A stretch of DNA of 64,000 nt from Candidatus Yonathbacteria bacterium (GCA_003483855.1 DMXP01000006.1:24280-88279), one strand, 5' to 3'. Shown: positions 39,525 to 49,483, numbered from the stretch's first letter. Translations and numbers: made by a program. Notes: generated by a model not told the origin, from the sequence alone.

Positions 39525-39917
39525 CTACTTTTGATTGTGTTCGCTTTCAATCTTTCCATCAGGTCTTTGTGTGTCATCCTCAATACGAACAACATCATCA
39601 ACTTCTGGTGTGGAAACCTCCTGTAGAATAATGTCAGTTATCGCAATAACTCGATGCTTTTTTGGTGGGGGTACATTAAAAAAATCTCCTGCTTTCATTT
39701 GAAATTTCTCCACGATACCTTCATCATTTTCTAGCCAAACTTCTGCTTCACCCTCTATAATATAGTTGGTTTCTCTTTTTTTACTATGGTACTGGAAGCT
39801 CGTTCTTGTGCCTGCATTTATATAAATGCGCTTATAGCAATAGGAATCGTTTAGCTCAAGCCAAACTTCTTTACCCCACGGTTTTGAGACCTCTTTGAAC
39901 GGATTATTCTTGTACAT
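39525..39917 (-). CDS. Cupin-domain protein (phosphomannose-isomerase-type cupin)
   Basis: PWGKEVWL...Y.KRIYINAGTRTSFQYHSKKRE; 130 aa. Confidence 0.55.
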   Translation of the reverse strand: MYKNNPFKEVSKPWGKEVWLELNDSYCYKRIYINAGTRTSFQYHSKKRETNYIIEGEAEVWLENDEGIVEKFQMKAGDFFNVPPPKKHRVIAITDIILQEVSTPEVDDVVRIEDDTQRPDGKIESEHNQK

Positions 39918-40923
39918 AGTGATTAATTACATCTGATATGATACTTATAATTGACTCTTTTATGTCCTCACGCTTCGCCAGTTCTTCAATAAGTAGAGCG
40001 TATTCTGGTGAGGCAAAATGATAATGCCCAGCAATAATAGAGCATAACATTTTATTGTCAGGAGTATTTTTATTCATCCATTTTTTCCACTTGCCACCTT
40101 GATAAACTTTTTCCAGGAAATCATCTAGTGGGATTCCATAAACAAGACATTTTGCTATCACAATTTGTGTTTGAATAACACCAAGCTGTGGAGCTATATT
40201 TACAGCATCGACAATTCCACCCCTCAGCTTAATTTCGTCCTTAGTAAGATAGTCTGCGTTATGCTCCTTTAGTTTAAGTCCTTTGCTCTTAAGCATTCTT
40301 GATACACTCTCAACAAATGGCTTATTAAATGACCCAGCCTGATTAATTTCCTTTATTACAGTACCTGTCTGGACTACATAAAATTCTGGGTCACAGAAAC
40401 TCTTAAAAAAATCAATCTCCCTCTCCCACTCTGCGATATTTGGAAGACTATAATTTGTCCCAGTATTCTCGTCTGTTCCTATTTCAATTTGTATGGTTGG
40501 CTTTAAATCCATGCAGTGCAAAATTGCTTTTTTAGTTGCCTCTAACCTCTCGCCATTTGTTCCTTTAAAATGGCAAAAATCTATATGAATTAAATCAAAA
40601 CCATTCTTAATATCATCCTCAATTGTCGAGTATGTATCTGTAATATCGTAGTTACCATTAAACCCCGGGCCACAGTGGTCTCGACAGATTTTAACCTCAG
40701 CATTTGGATTTTGATTCTTCATCTCACCTACAAATTCCATATATTCTTTAGTCGTCCAATTGTTTACATACCCACCAGAATAATCAACCTGATTTTTAGA
40801 AGCGATAAGCATCAACGGTTTGCGATTGAAATGGGAATACCTAAATACAGCCTCTATGATCTCTGGGCTCATTGGCCCAAGCGCTAAGGAAACTAGATTT
40901 TTATTGTTTTTAACAGGTATCAT
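39904..40923 (-). CDS. GatZ/KbaZ-family protein (tagatose-bisphosphate aldolase accessory / ketose-6-phosphate epimerase-like)
   Basis: ...LMLIASKNQVDYSGGYV...CRDHCGP... aligns with GatZ ...[21 protein letters not shown]...GGDHLGP. Confidence 0.5.
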   Translation of the reverse strand: MIPVKNNKNLVSLALGPMSPEIIEAVFRYSHFNRKPLMLIASKNQVDYSGGYVNNWTTKEYMEFVGEMKNQNPNAEVKICRDHCGPGFNGNYDITDTYSTIEDDIKNGFDLIHIDFCHFKGTNGERLEATKKAILHCMDLKPTIQIEIGTDENTGTNYSLPNIAEWEREIDFFKSFCDPEFYVVQTGTVIKEINQAGSFNKPFVESVSRMLKSKGLKLKEHNADYLTKDEIKLRGGIVDAVNIAPQLGVIQTQIVIAKCLVYGIPLDDFLEKVYQGGKWKKWMNKNTPDNKMLCSIIAGHYHFASPEYALLIEELAKREDIKESIISIISDVINHYVQE

Positions 40924-40941
40924 TATTGTGACATTTTATCA

Positions 40942-42537
40942 TTATTTAAGGGATTTATTAAGCATATTCCTTCCTAGGCTATGTAGTAACGTATCAAACG
41001 GCGCATTATGAAGTGGCGCCATATTAAGAAAGATCAAGGATGTGAGGATATTCACTTTTTTAACATCAAATTTATTGTCACGCAAAAACTTTTCGTAGTG
41101 TTCCTTTACCTCTAACAAGTCACTTTTTACGAAGAAATTGTAACAGGCATTATCATCACAAATACTTGAAGAGAACATGCCATCCTTAATTAGGGGGTAA
41201 GACAAGATCATGCCACCATATAGTTTTGCAAGGTCATAATACAAATCACCAAAATCAGTGAGTCCACCGAATTCATGCCGCCAATCAATAAGCAAGAACT
41301 TATCCTTGTCTGAGTGTGGGTCTTTGGGGATGAGGACATTATCAAATTGTAAATCTCCATGAAAATTAGAGGGTATGCCATTTGTTATATAATCCCAATC
41401 AATTTTGCTTAGTAGCTCATCTGTTGTTGGTATTTCTATCCCATTAATAAACCTACTTTCCTCGGTTGAGCCAATTTTATTATAAAACATTTGCAATCGC
41501 TTTTTTGTCTTAGTGCAGTAGAAGTCATAGCAAGCTTTAGTAAACTTATCTCTATCATTGTCTGATAAGTTAATCTCTTTCCATAGGTATTTTTTTGCCC
41601 AGACAAGAAAATCTGTAGCTATTTTAGGATCTAGGACACTATAGACAGTTTGACCGTCAACGAGAAGATAAGAGTAAAAATTATTTCTATACCCTTCAAT
41701 TGCTGGCGTCAAGCCGAGTAACGCATTGTTCGCGCGATAATTTCTTTTTTCAGCTACAGTTTTATCAGAAAAAAACTTAATCACACGATTGTTCACAAAA
41801 TATAAAAATTCATCTTCCTTGCTAAAATTAAATTTTTTCTCCTCACCGGAAAAATTTTTATTGGTTTCATTGTATTTAGAATCGGAACCAGTGTCGAACC
41901 ATGTAAAACCAACAGGTACAAGCCTCTTCTCAAGAAGCCCCTTCAAGCCGTCTGTCATTTGCAACTCATTGTCTCTAAGTTCTCTGTTTTGCTCAAGTGC
42001 TGAAAAAAACTCTTTGTGATCATGGATGCCAGCGAGACCAATAAAGGCAAACTTGTTGTCTGTTTTAATCTTTGTATCAAGTTGATATATAAGATTATTT
42101 TTCATTTTTATTGTGCAGTAAGCCTCTGTTTCGCGTACAGGAGCAACACCGATCCAGTTCTCATCTGGCAGTGGAACGTCTTCAAGCACAATGGTGTCTG
42201 CGGTAGAAAAAATAAACGGGCAATCCAAATATTTTTTGCATGCGAGAAGCGAGTACCCAGGCCCCGTCCCTGGACCTGTATATTTATCGACTTCAACAAA
42301 ATTAAAGATTCTATCTGGATAGGCTAGTTCTAGATAATCAATAACGGTATCTTTCTTGTGACCAACTGCAATCACTATCTCTGTATCAACTGGAAATTTC
42401 TCAATAATATACGAAATAACTGCTTTACTATTTATTGGCAAAATGCCCTTGTTGATAGACTCGGAAAAATGCCCCATCCTAGACCCTACTCCAGCAGTTA
42501 AAATACAAACCTTGTATTTTTCTTCTTTATTTTTCAT
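40942..42537 (-). CDS. Bifunctional sugar-1-phosphate nucleotidyltransferase (N) / APH-choline-kinase-fold sugar kinase (C)
   Basis: N-terminal KVCILTAGVGSRMG (NTP-transferase G-loop). C-terminal HGDLQFDNVLI...LIDWRHEFGGL...DLYYDLAKL (protein-kinase-like fold). Confidence 0.65.
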   Translation of the reverse strand: MKNKEEKYKVCILTAGVGSRMGHFSESINKGILPINSKAVISYIIEKFPVDTEIVIAVGHKKDTVIDYLELAYPDRIFNFVEVDKYTGPGTGPGYSLLACKKYLDCPFIFSTADTIVLEDVPLPDENWIGVAPVRETEAYCTIKMKNNLIYQLDTKIKTDNKFAFIGLAGIHDHKEFFSALEQNRELRDNELQMTDGLKGLLEKRLVPVGFTWFDTGSDSKYNETNKNFSGEEKKFNFSKEDEFLYFVNNRVIKFFSDKTVAEKRNYRANNALLGLTPAIEGYRNNFYSYLLVDGQTVYSVLDPKIATDFLVWAKKYLWKEINLSDNDRDKFTKACYDFYCTKTKKRLQMFYNKIGSTEESRFINGIEIPTTDELLSKIDWDYITNGIPSNFHGDLQFDNVLIPKDPHSDKDKFLLIDWRHEFGGLTDFGDLYYDLAKLYGGMILSYPLIKDGMFSSSICDDNACYNFFVKSDLLEVKEHYEKFLRDNKFDVKKVNILTSLIFLNMAPLHNAPFDTLLHSLGRNMLNKSLK

Positions 42538-43376
42538 AATTCTTTAAGAATATCTTTTACATACTTTGTCATCATTCTAAGTGGAGCTTTTATTCCTGTG
42601 TAAAGCGTAAACTGCGCAGCTGCTTGATATGTGGCCATTTCATATCCTGAAATTGTAATTTTCCCTGCTTTTTTTGCTGTTTTTATAAGCTTGGTATGCA
42701 TTGGTGAAACTACCACGTCCATTATAGCATGGTAGTTTTTAAGTTCGTCCTTATCAACGATCATGTCCTGATCTTTCGGGGTCATACCTACTGGCGTCGC
42801 ATTTATAAGTATATCAGCTTTAATTTCCTTACGAACGTTACTTGGACAATATTTTATGCTAAATTTTTTTGAAATCATGCGGGCTTTTTTCTCATCTCTA
42901 TTTGATAACGTTATTTCTTTACATAGGCCTCTTTTGAGAGCAACTATTATTGCTCTCGATGCACCGCCTGCTCCAATTATGTGGGCAGTTTTACCTTTTA
43001 TGGGGTAATATTTCTCAAGAGCCATTTCAACACCAACAACATCAGTGTTATATCCGGTAAGAATACCGTTTGTATTTACGATGGTATTTATAGCTCCAAT
43101 TTCTTTCGCGACAGGGTCTACAGCGTCTACATATTTATGTACAATTGTTTTATGTGGCATTGAGACACCGCAACCACGAATATCCAGTGCGCGCACCCCC
43201 AAAATTGCCTTATTTAAATTATCAGGAGTGGCACGAAAAGGCTTATAAATAAAATCTAGAGACAGAGCCTTGAATGTTCTATTGAATATGAGGCTTCCAA
43301 AATTTCCAGGAGCAGACGCAATTGAAATGCAGAATTTCGTATTTTTTGTAATCTTAATATTTTTCATAACAATCAA
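42534..43376 (-). CDS. Shikimate/quinate dehydrogenase family oxidoreductase (AroE-like) inside the glycan cluster
   Basis: ...SMPHK...GAINT...GYNTDVVG...GAGGASRA...; 280 aa. Confidence 0.65.
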   Translation of the reverse strand: MIVMKNIKITKNTKFCISIASAPGNFGSLIFNRTFKALSLDFIYKPFRATPDNLNKAILGVRALDIRGCGVSMPHKTIVHKYVDAVDPVAKEIGAINTIVNTNGILTGYNTDVVGVEMALEKYYPIKGKTAHIIGAGGASRAIIVALKRGLCKEITLSNRDEKKARMISKKFSIKYCPSNVRKEIKADILINATPVGMTPKDQDMIVDKDELKNYHAIMDVVVSPMHTKLIKTAKKAGKITISGYEMATYQAAAQFTLYTGIKAPLRMMTKYVKDILKEL

Positions 43377-43919
43377 TTACTGGAGAATATTTTTAAGATT
43401 ATGAGGTACTTCTAAGAACTTTTCCATTAAATGCAGGCACGCCTCCGCAACCGCTCCCTCTCCAGATTTTGCACTAGTTACAAAATCTGCTTTATTGCGT
43501 GCTAAATAAAAAGCATTTGCAGGCGCAATACTGTATGCTACATGCTCAAAAATCATCGCGTCATAAATACCATCTCCAACATATGCAGATTCACTAAGAT
43601 CAAAATTTTCTTCAAGCCACGAGAGCCTCGTTGCCTCACTTACGAGATTAAGCTTTAGCCCCATATCAATAGCAACTCTTTTTTCGGTTATTTTAAATCC
43701 TCTTTTATCTGCAGATATTGCGCAAACATTTATTAATTTACTAATCAGTTTGATGCCATCATTGTCATGTGGCCCAAAGATTTTTGCCAGTTTACCGTCT
43801 TTCGTGTATAGAAATTGGCCTGTTGTTAACACTCCATCAACATCAAGAATTAGGTTCTTGATAGTTTTTTCTTTGGCCTTCATAACCGCGATTATAGACC
43901 ATGGGGCTATATTTTGCAA
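43377..43919 (-). CDS. HAD-IIIA phosphatase, KdsC/YrbI family (sugar-acid phosphate phosphatase)
   Basis: LILDVDGVLTTG... and ...VAYVGDGIYD; 180 aa. Confidence 0.7.
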   Translation of the reverse strand: MQNIAPWSIIAVMKAKEKTIKNLILDVDGVLTTGQFLYTKDGKLAKIFGPHDNDGIKLISKLINVCAISADKRGFKITEKRVAIDMGLKLNLVSEATRLSWLEENFDLSESAYVGDGIYDAMIFEHVAYSIAPANAFYLARNKADFVTSAKSGEGAVAEACLHLMEKFLEVPHNLKNILQ

Positions 43920-44021
43920 TTTAAGTTGATGGCCACCACCATTTCGTCAAAGTAAGCATTAAATGAGAATTTAATAATTAGCCGATAAATACTTGTCCTA
44001 ACATATTTAATGTTGACAATT

Positions 44022-45572
44022 TTACTTTTCGCGCGCGATTGGAATTAATTTAACCCTTTTAAATAAAAGTTCCATGAATCGTTCTATATCTGCCCAATCC
44101 TGGGGCTCAAAAAAACCAAATAATTTATACAATGCTATATAAGTCAGTGCAGAAGTACCCCCCGCAATAAGCAGTGTTGTTAAACTAACAATGAAGTTAG
44201 CTATAAATAAGTTGAGGATTAACATTACAAAAGCAACGATAATATTATTCGTGATTATTTTTTTATAATAGCTTCTTCGGTTAGACAGGTTTAAATAACG
44301 AGTTTCAACATAAAAAAACAAATATGCTACTGGTAACACTGATATGAAATACGCCCAAGCGGCTCCCACTATTCCGTAAAGAGGCAACAGCGTAAAAAGT
44401 GCTATAGCATTAAGAATAGCCATGCACACAGAAGCAATAGATAAAAATTTTAATTTGCCGAGACCTAAAAGAAAGTTTGACAATGGCCCAAAAAGAGCGA
44501 GAATAAAATTAGTTAAAGCCAAAATAATAAGAACGCCTGATGCCCTGTCTGCAAAATCTGAACTAAGCCAATATTTCAAGATCTCATAAGAAAATGATAT
44601 CGACGTTATCGTTAGAGCTCCAGCAATTATTATCATCAGTCTAAAAGTTCTTATGTACATTGTTTTCATTCTAGATATTTCGTCTCCTCCGCTTAATTGT
44701 GACGTAGTTGGGAGCATGCTTACGGTCAAGGTATTAGTGATGCCGGGGATTTTTGCGGTTACGTTTCCAGGCATACTATAGTACGTAAGATTACTAGGGC
44801 CAACAAAAAACGGAATTACAATTTTATCAAGAGACGAGAGGGCCGTAGTTGCTATATTATTTACATATGCAATTAGTCCAAATCGGTAACAATTTATTAT
44901 TTCTTTTTTGTTCCATCCGAACTTAAAGGTTGCAATCGGTAAAAGTTTTCTCGCCTGCTGGAAAATAATTATTGAAAATACTGCTGCTACTATTAATTGC
45001 ACAATAAATATCTCGCGTATAGACCCGCCCATCTTAACCACAAACAGCATACCTAGACTAGAAAGCGTGATTGAAGTCATTCCTATCTTGTTGCTTATAT
45101 CAAAACGCTGAATGGCCGATAATATTAAGCTATATGTTGCGGTTATTATGTTAAAAAATAATATTCCACCAGCAAGTATAAACAATTTAAAATATTTCTC
45201 GTAGGCTAAAAAAGATGCCGGCAAGAAAGACGGGCCAAACAAGCCAATCATTACAGAAATAATTAAACTAAGTAGCCCAAGAATAAGGAACAGTGAGTTA
45301 GCAGAATGTGTTAGCCGCTTTATTGCTTCCTCATCTTTTTTGCCATAATAGTATGACATATACTTAAGGACTGCGACCCCAAGGCCAAGCTCAAAAAGTC
45401 CGAACAACCCTGCCGATGTGTTTATAAATAAATAAATACCATATTCTTTTACACCGAGGGTAAGGACAATTATTGGCGTTATAAAGAGAGTAAAAACGAT
45501 AGGCCAAAGATACCCCATTATGTTGTACGAACTATTTTTGAATGCTTTATATGTAAGTGAATCTTTTTCCAT
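44022..45572 (-). CDS. wzx: Wzx-type oligosaccharide flippase (MOP superfamily)
   Basis: 516 aa, about 12-14 TM helices, in polysaccharide-cluster context. Confidence 0.6.
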   Translation of the reverse strand: MEKDSLTYKAFKNSSYNIMGYLWPIVFTLFITPIIVLTLGVKEYGIYLFINTSAGLFGLFELGLGVAVLKYMSYYYGKKDEEAIKRLTHSANSLFLILGLLSLIISVMIGLFGPSFLPASFLAYEKYFKLFILAGGILFFNIITATYSLILSAIQRFDISNKIGMTSITLSSLGMLFVVKMGGSIREIFIVQLIVAAVFSIIIFQQARKLLPIATFKFGWNKKEIINCYRFGLIAYVNNIATTALSSLDKIVIPFFVGPSNLTYYSMPGNVTAKIPGITNTLTVSMLPTTSQLSGGDEISRMKTMYIRTFRLMIIIAGALTITSISFSYEILKYWLSSDFADRASGVLIILALTNFILALFGPLSNFLLGLGKLKFLSIASVCMAILNAIALFTLLPLYGIVGAAWAYFISVLPVAYLFFYVETRYLNLSNRRSYYKKIITNNIIVAFVMLILNLFIANFIVSLTTLLIAGGTSALTYIALYKLFGFFEPQDWADIERFMELLFKRVKLIPIAREK

Positions 45573-45662
45573 TTTTGAAAGTATACCATGTCATTAAACT
45601 TGAGGCATCGGCTTGAACAGGCTCCATGAAACCAAAAGAAATGCTAGAATACGGAGAACATC

Positions 45663-46430
45663 ATGAAATTTAGCATAATTACCCCAACATACAAACGACG
45701 GGACTTAATAGACCGAACCATTCAGTCAGTACTACACCAATCCTACATTGACTGGGAAATGATTATCGTAAATGATTCCCCAGATGATTCTTCGTACCAG
45801 ACGCTTCCATCTTCTCTTACTGATCCCAGAATTCACTACTATGTGAATGATGTAAACTGTGGCGTGAACTATTCGCGAAACCGTGCACTCGGTAACATTG
45901 CGAAAGATTCAGACTGGGTTATTTTTTTGGATGATGATGATTATCTCGCGCCTGATGCACTCGCAACCTTACACGAGCTCGCTATCGCGCACCCTGATTG
46001 CAAGTGGTTTGTCACCAATCGCGCATACGCAAATGAAGTGCCTGTCACAAGATATCCTGAACCGGAAACATGGTATTCGTACATAAAAGACGTTCTCATT
46101 TTAAAGCGGTGCAGAGGTGATGTAACACACTGTATAAAAACGAGCCTTCTCACCAATATTCGATATTCAAAATACATCAAGCAAGCCGAGGAATGGTTAT
46201 TTTACTATCAAATTGCTCTTCGTGAAAAAATGTTTTATCACAACCATAACAGCACACTCACCGATGGATATGATGAGGTCTCTGGGCTTAACTTCCGCAA
46301 ACGCACACATGCCGAGCAAATCGAAACACTTCGTGCGTTTATTCGCGAAGGCCACGAGCTATGCCTACTTCACCACCCAACATTTCTTATTTATTTGGGA
46401 ATGAGGATACTCCGAATTATTTTGAAATAA
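45663..46430 (+). CDS. Family-2 glycosyltransferase
   Basis: FSIITPTYKRRDLIDRTIQSVLHQSY...IIVNDSPDD...; 255 aa. Confidence 0.75.
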   Translation: MKFSIITPTYKRRDLIDRTIQSVLHQSYIDWEMIIVNDSPDDSSYQTLPSSLTDPRIHYYVNDVNCGVNYSRNRALGNIAKDSDWVIFLDDDDYLAPDALATLHELAIAHPDCKWFVTNRAYANEVPVTRYPEPETWYSYIKDVLILKRCRGDVTHCIKTSLLTNIRYSKYIKQAEEWLFYYQIALREKMFYHNHNSTLTDGYDEVSGLNFRKRTHAEQIETLRAFIREGHELCLLHHPTFLIYLGMRILRIILK

Positions 46431-46475
46431 AAAAACCCGACAAAAAATCTGTCGGGTTTTTATTAAGACTTAGAA

Positions 46476-47420
46476 CTACCGGTAGGTCTCGGATTCAATG
46501 CACTCTATGAGCCCTTGGTCGAGGGTGAAATTAGGACGCCACCCTAATTCCCTTAACCTAGAGTCATCGATAGACTGATCCTTACTTTCTTGGAAAAAAC
46601 CAAGTTTTTCAACTATTTCAATACCTCCATCGTAACCCATTAATGAACAAATTTTTTCTACCAGGCTATTTATGGAAATAGCTCCAGAGCCACCGATACA
46701 AAAAATCTCGCCGTTCTTAGCTTTTTCCTCAATGAGCAAAATGGCATCAATTAGGTCATCCACATAAACAAATTCCCTTATAGCATCTTTAACGCTGGAA
46801 TACACCTGTGGCCTTTCACCGTTGTTAACAGACCTAATCGTTGTTGGTATAACTCTGCTAATATTTGAATCATTCGGGCCATACAAATTGGGACATCGAA
46901 TAATATTTATTGGCAGATTGTAACTTGAAAAATAATTCTGAGCAACGATATCCTGACAAGCCTTAGTGCACTCGTATGTATACTTAGGTTTAAGAAGGGT
47001 CTCCTCAGTGTATGGTGATGGAGTATCTCCATACACTTTGGAAGACGTTGATACAATGATTTTTCTAACAGTCTCCATCCCCACTGTTCGAACCGCCTCC
47101 AAAAGATTAACAGTGCCCATCACATTGTTCATGTAAGCACGCACAGGCTCATCAAAACATTCCTTAAGGATGGAGTTGGATGCGAAATGATAAATAGTAT
47201 TAATCTCATGTACACTTATAATTTCACACAGAGAATCATAATCATTCAAATCCCCCTTTATTGCAACAACATTATCTGCTCCGTAGGAACGTATCGGCTT
47301 GTTGTGATGATACAACAAAACAATTTTGCCATCCTTAGTATCATCAAGCTTCAGCAATCGAGAGGTTAAACTTAACCCCATAAATCCGGCTGCGCCAGTT
47401 ATTAATATGTTGTTTTTCAT
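46476..47420 (-). CDS. NAD-dependent epimerase/dehydratase (extended SDR)
   Basis: ILITGAAGFMG Rossmann motif and ...YGPN...; 314 aa. Confidence 0.75.
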   Translation of the reverse strand: MKNNILITGAAGFMGLSLTSRLLKLDDTKDGKIVLLYHHNKPIRSYGADNVVAIKGDLNDYDSLCEIISVHEINTIYHFASNSILKECFDEPVRAYMNNVMGTVNLLEAVRTVGMETVRKIIVSTSSKVYGDTPSPYTEETLLKPKYTYECTKACQDIVAQNYFSSYNLPINIIRCPNLYGPNDSNISRVIPTTIRSVNNGERPQVYSSVKDAIREFVYVDDLIDAILLIEEKAKNGEIFCIGGSGAISINSLVEKICSLMGYDGGIEIVEKLGFFQESKDQSIDDSRLRELGWRPNFTLDQGLIECIESETYR

Positions 47421-47568
47421 TTTGTTTAACCCCTTTCAATTAAATAGCCTCGGTAAAATGTAGTCAGATTGGCAAAATTCAGCCCCATTACACATATGTG
47501 AGAAATTGCTCATATTCTCAATTCCTGCCTTAATATACATTATTTTTGAATAATAGTAAGATGTACAG

Positions 47569-48294
47569 ATGAAAGGAATTATTTTAGCAGGAGGGGCAGG
47601 AAAAAGACTGAGCCCCCTTACTCGGGTAACATCAAAACAGCTTTTACCTATCTACAACCGGCCGATGATCTATTACCCGCTTAATACACTCATTAAGGCT
47701 GGTATTAAAGAAATTTTAATTATTATCGCGCCCGAAAAGGCGGGTGAATTTTTGAATCTCCTTGGATCAGGAAAGGACTTTGGTGTAAAATTCACGTATG
47801 AAATTCAGGACAAGCCGAGGGGGCTCCCTGAGGCATTTATTATTGGGGAAAATTTTTTAGACAACGATGACGTGGTTATGATTTTAGGAGACAACATCTT
47901 TGAAAAAGATTTATCAGAAGATATTCGTTCATTCAAAAGCGGAGGTCGCGTTTTTGCGGTTGAGGTTGAAGACCCGGAACGCTCAGGAGTTGTTGAGTTT
48001 GATAAAAATATGAAGGTTCTTTCAATAGAGGAGAAACCTGAACATCCAAAAAGCAATTTTATTATTCCAGGGCTTTTTATTTACGATTCACGCGTTATTC
48101 AGTTCGCAAAAGAACTTGAACCGAGCAGGCGTGGGGAGCTTGAAATAACTGATATTCATAAAAAATATCTAGAACTAGGAGAACTTGACGTTAAAAAATT
48201 CTCGGGTGAATGGATTGACGCGGGAACGTTTGACTCACTCCTAAGGGCTAATCAGTTAGCTCAGGAGAAGTTGCACAAGAATTTGGTTATATAA
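47569..48294 (+). CDS. Glucose-1-phosphate nucleotidyltransferase (RmlA/RfbF-like, short form)
   Basis: MKGIILAGGAGKRLSPLT...QLLPIYNRPMIYYPL; 241 aa. Confidence 0.75.
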   Translation: MKGIILAGGAGKRLSPLTRVTSKQLLPIYNRPMIYYPLNTLIKAGIKEILIIIAPEKAGEFLNLLGSGKDFGVKFTYEIQDKPRGLPEAFIIGENFLDNDDVVMILGDNIFEKDLSEDIRSFKSGGRVFAVEVEDPERSGVVEFDKNMKVLSIEEKPEHPKSNFIIPGLFIYDSRVIQFAKELEPSRRGELEITDIHKKYLELGELDVKKFSGEWIDAGTFDSLLRANQLAQEKLHKNLVI

Positions 48295-48305
48295 AATCAA
48301 AACCA

Positions 48306-49181
48306 CTAAACAGCGGGAACAAATTCTCTAATATGGTCAACAATCTTTTTCTCCGCCTTCCATCCTAATTCACTTTTTGCCCGAGTCACGTCCACTGAGG
48401 AGCCCATTCGGTTCCCTTTGCGTTCAGGGAGCATTCTTATTTCTCCACCAAAGGCTTTTGCAATATCTATAATACTGTATCCATCCTCAGCACCGAGACC
48501 GAAGTCGTCACCTTCGCCATTTTCTCCAACTAAAATAAGCCCACTCACGATATCGTCGACGTGAGTAAAATTGCGCACCTGTGTGCCTGGTGCTACAACT
48601 GTGAGTGGTTCACCTTTTTTAAACTTCTCTTTAAAGAGCGCAATTAGTGTTGCGTATTGTCCTGTAGAAATTTCTCTCGGCCCATATACATTATAAAAAT
48701 AAGTTATGGCGTACGGTAATCCAAACCATACTCCATAATTTTGAACCAGGTCGGTGTTATTTGCTTTGGTCCATGCATAAGGGCTCTGATCTCTGCCGAG
48801 CCCTCCGTCGCCAAACTTGGTACTTGAGCCAGCGTAAACAATTTTTATTTTGTGCTTTCTACAAAACTCAAGTACAGTGAATGTTCCTGCTACGTTGGAT
48901 TCCCAAACTATAGGCAGATCAGCAAAACTTTGCTCTACGCGAGAATATTCACCGAGGTGATACACAAGATCAGGAATAAAATTGATTAGTTTCGCAATGT
49001 CCTTTGTGTGTCCCTCGATATACGTCGCACCAGGAATATGATTTTCTTTTGTGCCAGTGAAATAATTGTCTAGAGAATGCACATCATATCGCCCTTCTTG
49101 CACCAAGCGCTCAATAAGGTTGGACCCTATGAACCCAGCGCCACCGGTTACTAAGACTTTCTTTTTAGCTGTTTCTGCCAT
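48306..49181 (-). CDS. NAD-dependent epimerase/dehydratase, UDP-glucuronate decarboxylase (UXS)-like
   Basis: VLVTGGAGFIGSNL...LDNYFTG...; 291 aa. Confidence 0.7.
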   Translation of the reverse strand: MAETAKKKVLVTGGAGFIGSNLIERLVQEGRYDVHSLDNYFTGTKENHIPGATYIEGHTKDIAKLINFIPDLVYHLGEYSRVEQSFADLPIVWESNVAGTFTVLEFCRKHKIKIVYAGSSTKFGDGGLGRDQSPYAWTKANNTDLVQNYGVWFGLPYAITYFYNVYGPREISTGQYATLIALFKEKFKKGEPLTVVAPGTQVRNFTHVDDIVSGLILVGENGEGDDFGLGAEDGYSIIDIAKAFGGEIRMLPERKGNRMGSSVDVTRAKSELGWKAEKKIVDHIREFVPAV

Positions 49182-49483
49182 AATTTTAATAGTATAGCAC
49201 TACAAGTCCATAAAAAGACAGGCGACGAAGTCCGCGAAGGACAATTTTTTCATACAAAATCAGCAATGACACAATGCGAGGAGAATGTTGAATGTTGAAT
49301 GGGTGAGGAAGGGTGTTATTGCATACTACGGCATCTTTAATTTTGGGTATTCAAAACCACAAATTCTGTCAAATTTACGGTTTTGGAAACCATAAATTCC
49401 GCTAATTCCCCTAAATAGGTAGATTTACGGGAGTACCGCTCCCCGAAATTGACAAAATGTGGGGAGTTTGCTATCATAAAACT

